Below are positions 56,601 to 64,000 of a stretch of 64,000 nucleotides of DNA, piece after piece (position 1 is the first letter of the stretch; each line of letters starts with the position of its first letter). The notes under the pieces were generated by a model, which searched no databases, was not told the origin of the DNA, and saw only the letters and a program-made list of their open reading frames with translations. The position numbers and the translations under genes were made by a program. The DNA lies in NCBI GenBank assembly GCA_964016885.1, contig OZ024748.1, positions 37,572,001-37,636,000 of the forward strand, given 5' to 3'. This DNA is from Eledone cirrhosa. Lineage: Eukaryota.

Positions 56601-59180
56601 TACCACTAGATCTAGTATGACAATGTTAGTATCAGTGTTAACTACCACTAGATCTAGTATGGCAATGTCAGTGTCAATGTTAACTACCACTAGATCTAGT
56701 ATGGCAATGTCAGTGTCAGTGTTACCTACCTCTAGATCTAGTATGACAATGTTAGTGTCAGTGTTAACTACCACTAGATCTAGTATGACAATGTCAGTGT
56801 CAGTGTTAACTACCTCTAGATCTAGTATGACAATGTCAGAGTTAACTACCACTAGATCTAGTATGTCAATGTCAGTGTCAGTGTTAACTACCTCTAGATC
56901 TAGTATGACAATGTTAGTGTCAGTGTTAACTACCACTAGATCTAGTATGACAATGTCAGTGTCAGTATTAACTACCTCTAGATCTAGTATGACAATGTCA
57001 GAGTTAACTACCACTAGATCTAGTATGTCAATGTCAGTGTCAGTGATAACTACCTCTAGATCTAGTATGACAATGTCAGTGTTAACTACCTCTAGATCTA
57101 GTATGGCAATGTCAGTGTCAGTGTTAACTACCTCTAGATCTAGTATGACAACGTCAGTGTCAGTGTTAACTACCTCTAGATCTAGTATGACAATGTCAGT
57201 GTCAGTGTTAACTACCTCTAGATCTAGTATGACAACGTCAGTGTCAGTGTTAACTACCTCTAGATCTAGTATGGCAATGTCAGTGTCAGTGTTAACTACC
57301 TCTAGATCTAGTATGACAACGTCAGTGTCAGTGTTAACTACCGCTAGATCTAGTATGGCAATGTAAGTGTTAACTAGCTCTAGATCTAGTATGACAATGT
57401 CAGTGTCAGTGTTAACTACCTCTAGATCTAGTATGACAATGTCAGTGTCAGTGTTAACTACCTCTAGATCTAGTATGACAATGTCAGTGTCAGTGTTAAC
57501 TACCTCTAGATCTAGTATGACAATGTCAGTGTCAGTGTTAACTACCTCTAGATCTAGTATAACAATGTCAGTGTCAGTGATAACTACCTCTAGATCTATT
57601 ATGACAATGTCAGTGTCAGTGTTAACTACCTCTAGATCTATTATGACAATGTCAGTGTCAGTATTAACTACCTCTAGATCTAGTATAACAATGTCAGTGT
57701 CAGTGATAACTACCTCTAGATCTAGTATGACAATGTCAGTGTCAGTGTTAACTACCTCTAGATCTAGTGTGACAATGTTAGTGTCAGTGTTAACTACCTC
57801 TAGATCTAGTATGACAATGTTAGTGTCAGTGTTAACTACCTCTAGATCTAGTATGGCAATGTCAGTGTTAACTACCTCTAGATCTAGTATGACAATGTTA
57901 GTGTCAGTGTTAACTACCTCTAGATCTAGTATGGCAATGTCAGTGTCAGTGTTAACTACCTCTTGATCTAGTATGACAATGTCAGTGTCAGTGTTAACTA
58001 CCTCTAGATCTAGTATGACAATGTCAGTGTCAGTGTTAACTACCTCTAGATCTAGTATGACAATGTCAGTGTCAGTGTTAACTACCACTAGATCTAGTAT
58101 GTCAACGTCAGTGTCAGTCTTAACTACCTCTAGATCTAGTGTGACAATGTTAGTGTCAGTGATAACTACCTCTAGATCTAGTGTGACAATGTTAGTGTCA
58201 GTGATAACTACCTCTAGATCTAGTATGACAATGTTAGTGTCAGTGTTAACTACCACTAGATCTAGTATGACAATGTCAGTGTCAGTGTTAACTACCTCTA
58301 GATCTAGTATGACAAAGTGTCAGTGTTAACTACCTCTAGATCTAGTATGACAATGTTAGTGTCAGTGTTAACTACCACTAGATCTAGTATGACAATGTTA
58401 GTATCAGTGTTAACTACCACTAGATCTAGTATGGCAATGTCAGTGTCAGTGTTAACTACCTCTAGATCTAGTATGGCAATGTCAGTGTTAACTACCTCTA
58501 GATCTAGTATGACAATGTTAGTGTCAGTGTTGACTACCTCTAGATCTAGTATGGCAATGTCAGTGTCAGTGTTAACTACCTCTAGATCTAGTATGGCAAT
58601 GTAAGTGTTAACTACCTCTAGATCTAGTATGACAATGTTAGTGTCAGTGTTAACTACCTCTAAATCTAGTATGACAATGTCAGTGTCAGTGTTAACTACC
58701 TCTAGATCTAGTGTGACAATGTTAGTGTCAATGTTACCTACCTCTAGATCTATTATGAAAATGTTAGTGTCAGTGTTACCTACCTCTACATCTAGTATGA
58801 CAATGTTAGTGTCAGTGTTCACTAGCTCTAGATCTAGTATGACAATGTTAGTGTCAGTGTTAACTACCTCTAGATCTAGTGTGACAATGTTAGTGTCAGT
58901 GTTAACTACCTCTAGATCTAGTATGACAACGTCAGTGTCAGTGTTAACTACCTCTAGATCTAGTATAACAATGTCAGTGACAGTGATAACTACCTCTAGA
59001 TCTAGTATGACAATGTCAGTGTCAGTGTTAACTACCTCTAGATCTAGTATGACAATGTTAGTGTCAGTGTTAACTACCACTAGATCTAGTATGTCAATGT
59101 CAGTGTCAGTGATAACTACCTCTAGATCTAGTATGACAATGTCAGTGTCAGTGTTAACTACCTCTAGATCGAGTGTGACA
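44660..59180 (+). repeat. Long-range direct copy of segment ~8850-20900
   Basis: Rare variants occur in the same order, with offsets that step from 35811 to 37191, 37107, 37145, 38197 and 38275. Example ORF pairs: 10704/47895, 11376/48567, 13106/50213, 14882/52027, 17122/55319, 20330/58605. Confidence 0.88.
44956..47715. repeat. 1380-bp tandem duplication (33 monomers: 32x42+36) of mostly sub-family 1 sequence
   Basis: Lines starting at 45181 and 46561, 45541 and 46921, and 46261 and 47641 are identical at offset 1380. They include the rare variants GGTTTACCTACC, AGTGAGACG and AGTAACGCA. Confidence 0.92.
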
Positions 59181-62100
59181 ATGTTATTGTCAGTGTTAAC
59201 TACCACTAGATCTAGTATGTCAATGTCAGTGTCAGTGTTAACTAGCTCGAGATCTAGTATGACAATGTTAGTGTCAGTGTTAACTACCTCTAGATCTAGT
59301 ATGACAATGTTAGTATCAGTGTTAACTACCTCTAGATCTAGTATGGCAATGTAAGTGTTAACTACCTCTAGATCTATTATGACAATGTTAGTGTCAGTGT
59401 TAACTACCTCTAGATCTAGTATGACAATGTCAGTGTCAGTGTTAACTACCTCTAGATCTAGTATGACGATGTTAGTGTCAGTGTTAACTACCTCTAGATC
59501 TAGTATGGCAATGTCAGTGTCAGTGTTAACTACCTCTAGATCTAGTATGACAATGTTAGTGTCAGTGTTAACTACCACTAGATCTAGTATGTCAATGTCA
59601 GTGTCAGTGATAACTACCTCTAGATCTAGTATGACAATGTCAGTGTCAGTGTTAACTACCTCTAGATCTAGTATGACAATGTCAGTGTCAGTGTTAACTA
59701 CCTCTAGATCTAGTATAACAATGTCAGTGTCAGTGATAACTACCTCTAGATCTATTATGACAATGTCAGTGTCAGTGTTAACTACCTCTAGATCTATTAT
59801 GACAATGTCAGTGTCAGTGTTAACTACCTCTAGATCTAGTATAACAATGTCAGTGTCAGTGATAACTACCTCTAGATCTAGTATGACAATGTCAGTGTCA
59901 GTGTTAACTACCTCTAGATCTAGTGTGACAATGTTAGTGTCAGTGTTACCTACCTCTAGATCTATTATGAAAATGTTAGTGTCAGTGTTACCTACCTCTA
60001 CATCTAGTATGACAATGTTAGTGTCAGTGTTAACTAGCTCTAGATCTAGTATGACAATGTTAGTGTCAGTGTTAACTACCTCTAGATCTAGTATGGCAAT
60101 GTAAGTGTTAACTACCTCTAGATCTAGTATGACAATGTTAGTGTCAGTGTTAACTACCTCTAAATCTAGTATGACAATGTCAGTGTCAGTGTTAACTACC
60201 TCTAGATCTAGTGTGACAATGTTAGTGTCAATGTTACCTACCTCTAGATCTATTATGAAAATGTTAGTGTCAGTGTTACCTACCTCTACATCTAGTATGA
60301 CAATGTTAGTGTCAGTGTTAACTAGCTCTAGATCTAGTATGACAATGTTAGTGTCAGTGTTAACTACCTCTAGATCTAGTGTGACAATGTTAGTGTCAGT
60401 GTTAACTACCTCTAGATCTAGTATGACAACGTCAGTGTCAGTGTTAACTACCTCTAGATCTAGTATGACAATGTCAGTGTCAGTTTTAACTACCTCTAGA
60501 TCGAGTGTGACAATGTTATTGTCAGTGTTAACTACCACTAGATCTAGTATGTCAATGTCAGTGTCAGTGTTAACTACCTCGAGATCTAGTATGACAATGT
60601 TAGTGTCAGTGTTAACTATCTCTAGATCTAGTATGTCAGTGTCAATGTTAACTACCTCTAGATCTAGTGTGACAATGTTAGTGTCAGTGTTAACTACCAC
60701 TAGATCTAGTAACGCAATGTCAGTGTCAGTGTTAACTACCTCTAGATCTAGTATGACGATGTTAGTGTCAGTGTTATCTACCTCTAGATCTAGTATGACA
60801 ATGTTAGTATCAGTGTTAACTACCACTAGATCTAGTATGGCAATGTCAGTGTTAACTACCTCTAGATCTAGTATGGCAATGTAAGTGTTAACTACCTCTA
60901 GATCTAGTATGACAATGTATGTGATAACTACCTCTAGATCTAGTATGGCAATGTATGTGATAACTACCTCTAGATCTAGGATGACAATGTTAGTGTCAGT
61001 GTTAACTACCTCTAGATCTAGTATGGCAATGTCAGTGTTAACTACCATAGATCTAGTATGACAATGTTAGTGTCAGTGTTAACTACCACCAGATCTAGTA
61101 TGGCAATGTCAGTGTCAGTGTTAACTACCTCTCGATCTAGTATGGCAATGTAAATGTTAACTACAACCAGATCTAGTATGGCAATGTTAGTGTCAGTGTT
61201 AACTACCTCTAGATCTAGTATGACAATGTTAGTGTCAGTGTTAACTACCTCTAGATCTAGTATGACAATGTCAGTGTCAGTGTTAACTACCTCTAGATCT
61301 AGTATGACAATGTTAGTGTCAGTGTTAACTACCTCTAGATCTAGTGTGACAATGTTAGTGTCAGTGATAACTACCTCTAGATCTAGTATGACAATGTTAG
61401 TGTCAGTGTTAACTACCTCTAGATCTAGTATGACAATGTCAGTGTCAGTGTTAACTACCTCTAGATCTAGTATGACAAAGTGTCAGTGTTAACTACCTCT
61501 AGATCTAGTATGACAATGTTAGTGTCAGTGTTAACTACCACTAGATCTAGTATGACAATGTTAGTATCAGTGTTAACTACCACTAGATCTAGTATGGCAA
61601 TGTCAGTGTCAGTGTTAACTACCACTAGATCTAGTATGGCAATGTCAGTGTCAGTGTTACCTACCTCTAGATCTAGTATGACAATGTTAGTGTCAGTGTT
61701 AACTACTACTAGATCTAGTATGACAATGTCAGTGTCAGTGTTCACTACCTCTAGATCTAGTATGACAATGTCAGAGTTAACTACCACTAGATCTAGTATG
61801 TAAATGTCAGTGTCAGTGTTAACTACCTCTAGATCTAGTATGAAAATGTTAGTGTCAGTGTTAACTACCACTAGATCTAGTATGTCAATGTCAGTGTCAG
61901 TGATAACTACCTCTAGATCTAGTATGACAATGTCAGTGTTAACTACCTCTAGATCGAGTGTGACAATGTTAGTGTCAGTGTTAATTACCACTAGATCTAG
62001 TATGTCAATGTCAGTGTCAGTGTTAACTACCTCTAGATCTAGTATGACAATGTTAGTGTCAGTGTTAACTACCTCTAGATCTAGTATGACAATGTTAGTA

Positions 62101-64000
62101 TCAGTGTTAACTACCTCTAGATCTAGTATGGCAATGTCAGACTTAACTACCTCTAGATCTAGTATGGCAATGTCAGTGTTAACTACCTCTAGATCTAGTA
62201 TGGCAATGTAAGTGTTAACTACCTCTAGATCTATTATGACAATGTTAGTGTCAGTGTTAACTACCTCTAGATCTAGTATGACAATGTTAGTGTCAGAGTT
62301 TACTACCTCTAGATCTAGTGTGACAATGTTAGTGTCAGTGGTAACTACCTCTAGATCTATTATGACAATGTCAGTGTCAGTGTTAACTACCTCTAGATCT
62401 AGTATGACAATGTCAGTGTCAGTGTTAACTACCTCTAGATCTATTATGACAATGTCAGTGTCAGTGTTAACTACCTCTAGATCTAGTATGACAATGTCAG
62501 TGTCAGAGTTAACTACCACTAGATCTAGTATGACAATGTCAGTGTCAGTGTTAACTACCTCTAGATCTAGTGTGAAAATGTTAGTGTCAGTGTTAACTAC
62601 CTCTAGATCTAGTATGGCAATGTCAGTGTCAGTGTTAACTACCTCTAGATCTAGTATGACAATTTTAGTGTCAGTGTTAACTACCTCTAGATCTAGTATG
62701 GCAATGTATGTGATAACTACCTCTAGATCTAGGATGACAATGTTAGTGTCAGAGTTTACTACCTCTAGATCTAGTGTGACAATGTTAGTGACAGTGTTAA
62801 CTACCTCTAGATCTAGTATGACAATGTTAGTGTCAGTGTTAACTACCTCTAGATCTAGTATGGCAATGTCAGTGTTAACTACCTCTAGATCTAGTATGAC
62901 AATGTTAGTGTCAGTGTTAACTACCACCAGATCTAGTATGGCAATGTCAGTGTCAGTGTTAACTACCTCTCGATCTAGTATGGCAATGTAAATGTTAACT
63001 ACCACCAGATCTAGTATGGCAATGTTAGTGTCAGTGTTAACTACCTCTAGATCTAGTATGACAATGTTAGTGTCAGTGTTAACTACCTCTAGATATAGTA
63101 TGACAATGTCAGTGTCAGTGTTAACTACCTCTAGATCTAGTATGACAATGTTAGTGTCAGTGTTAACTACCTCTAGATCTAGTGTGACAATGTTAGTGTC
63201 AGTGATAACTACCTCTAGATCTAGTATGACAATGTCAGTGACAGTGATAACTACCTCTAGATCTAGTATGACAATGTCAGTGTCAGTGTTAACTACCTCT
63301 AGATCTAGTATGACAATGTTAGTGTCAGTGTTAACTACCACTAGATCTAGTATGTCAATGTCAGTGTCAGTGATAACTACCTCTAGATCTAGTATGACAA
63401 TGTTAGTGTCAGTGTTAACTACCTCTAGATCTAGTATGACAATGTTAGTATCAGTGTTAACTACCTCTAGATCTAGTATGGCAATGTAAGTGTTAACTAC
63501 CTCTAGATCTATTATGACAATGTTAGTGTCAGTGTTAACTACCTCTAGATCTAGTATGACAATGTCAGTGTCAGTGTTAACTACCTCTAGATCTAATATG
63601 ACAATGTCAGTGTCAGTGTTAACTACCTCTAGATCTAGTATGACAATGTCAGTGTCAGAGTTAACTAACTCTAGATCTAGTATGACAATGTCAGTGTCAG
63701 TGTTAACTACCTCTAGATCTAGTGTGACAATGTTAGTGTCAGTGTTAACTACCTCTAGATCTAGTATGGCAATGTCAGTGTCAGTGTTAACTACCTCTAG
63801 ATCTAGTATGACAATGTTAGTGTCAGTGTTAACTACCACTAGATCTAGTATGTCAATGTCAGTGTCAGTGATAACTACCTCTAGATCTAGTATGACAATG
63901 TCAGTGTCTATGTTAACTACCTCTAGATCTAGTATGACAATGTCAGTGTCAGTGTTAACTACCTCTAGATCTAGTATAACAATGTCAGTGTCAGTGATAA

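Larger units (their letters stand above)
1..64000. repeat. 42-bp tandem repeat array (satellite DNA), about 1,500 head-to-tail monomers, extending beyond both window edges
   Basis: Positions 1-42 read TGTCAGTGTCAGTGTTAACTACCTCTAGATCTAGTATGACAA, and this unit recurs to position 64000 in one orientation. Monomers differ by a few recurrent substitutions (TCA/TTA, ATG/GTG, TCT/ACT, ACA/GCA, TTA/ATA) plus 36-bp and 38-bp length variants. The copy number is estimated from length. Confidence 0.99.

Noticed and set aside
6-63489. Plus-strand Ser/Thr/Met/Val-rich ORFs that superficially resemble mucins or adhesins
   Set aside because: They are pure translations of the 42-bp unit. They are repeatedly broken by amplified stop variants (ATGTAA, TCATAG, TCTTGA) and 4-bp frameshifts, have no signal peptide or unique domain, and the common variants are non-synonymous.
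13093-63839. Minus-strand ORFs of 255-3130 aa as a family of tandem genes ending in TLSY
   Set aside because: Each end is created by a frameshifting deletion and each start is merely the first GTG variant. There are no intergenic regions or regulatory sequence, and this frame is intrinsically almost immune to nonsense substitutions.
1-64000. CRISPR array or other repeat-spacer system (palindromic repeats with 36-42 bp period)
   Set aside because: There are no unique spacers, since the whole period is conserved. No leader or cas genes are present.
1-64000. Whole array as a sequencing or assembly artefact (rolling-circle concatemer or collapsed repeat)
   Set aside because: Copies carry private and shared variants in a hierarchical pattern not expected from one amplified template. 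Exact copy numbers of near-identical blocks still need read support.
1-64000. Telomeric repeat, rDNA spacer or tRNA/ncRNA array
   Set aside because: There are no G-rich telomerase-type units, no rRNA sequence and no tRNA cloverleaf or A/B boxes recognisable in the 42-bp unit.

Overview
The whole 64 kb window is one uninterrupted head-to-tail tandem array (satellite/minisatellite DNA) of a 42-bp monomer. The consensus is TGTYAG-TGTCAG-TGTTAA-CTACCT-CTAGAT-CTAGTA-TGACAA (about 36-38% GC, no CpG), with roughly 1,500 copies. I see no unique sequence, gene, RNA gene, transposon or CRISPR spacer. The long ORFs on both strands (14-aa repeats MTMSVSVLTTSRSS and VVNTDTDIVILDLE) are best explained as by-products of a 3n-length monomer. 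The real structure is internal. The monomer is built from seven hexamers and carries three dyad symmetries. It has 36-bp and 38-bp length variants, and there are two sequence sub-families. Nested higher-order repeats occur at 84 bp, 864 bp, 1.38 kb, 1.7 kb, 2.3-3.6 kb, 3.8 kb and 5.4-5.8 kb, and a ~12 kb segment recurs ~36-38 kb downstream. The source is probably eukaryotic heterochromatin (inference). The window does not support a new protein-based system; the best leads are the higher-order architecture and a very long stop-free minus-strand frame that needs an expression test.
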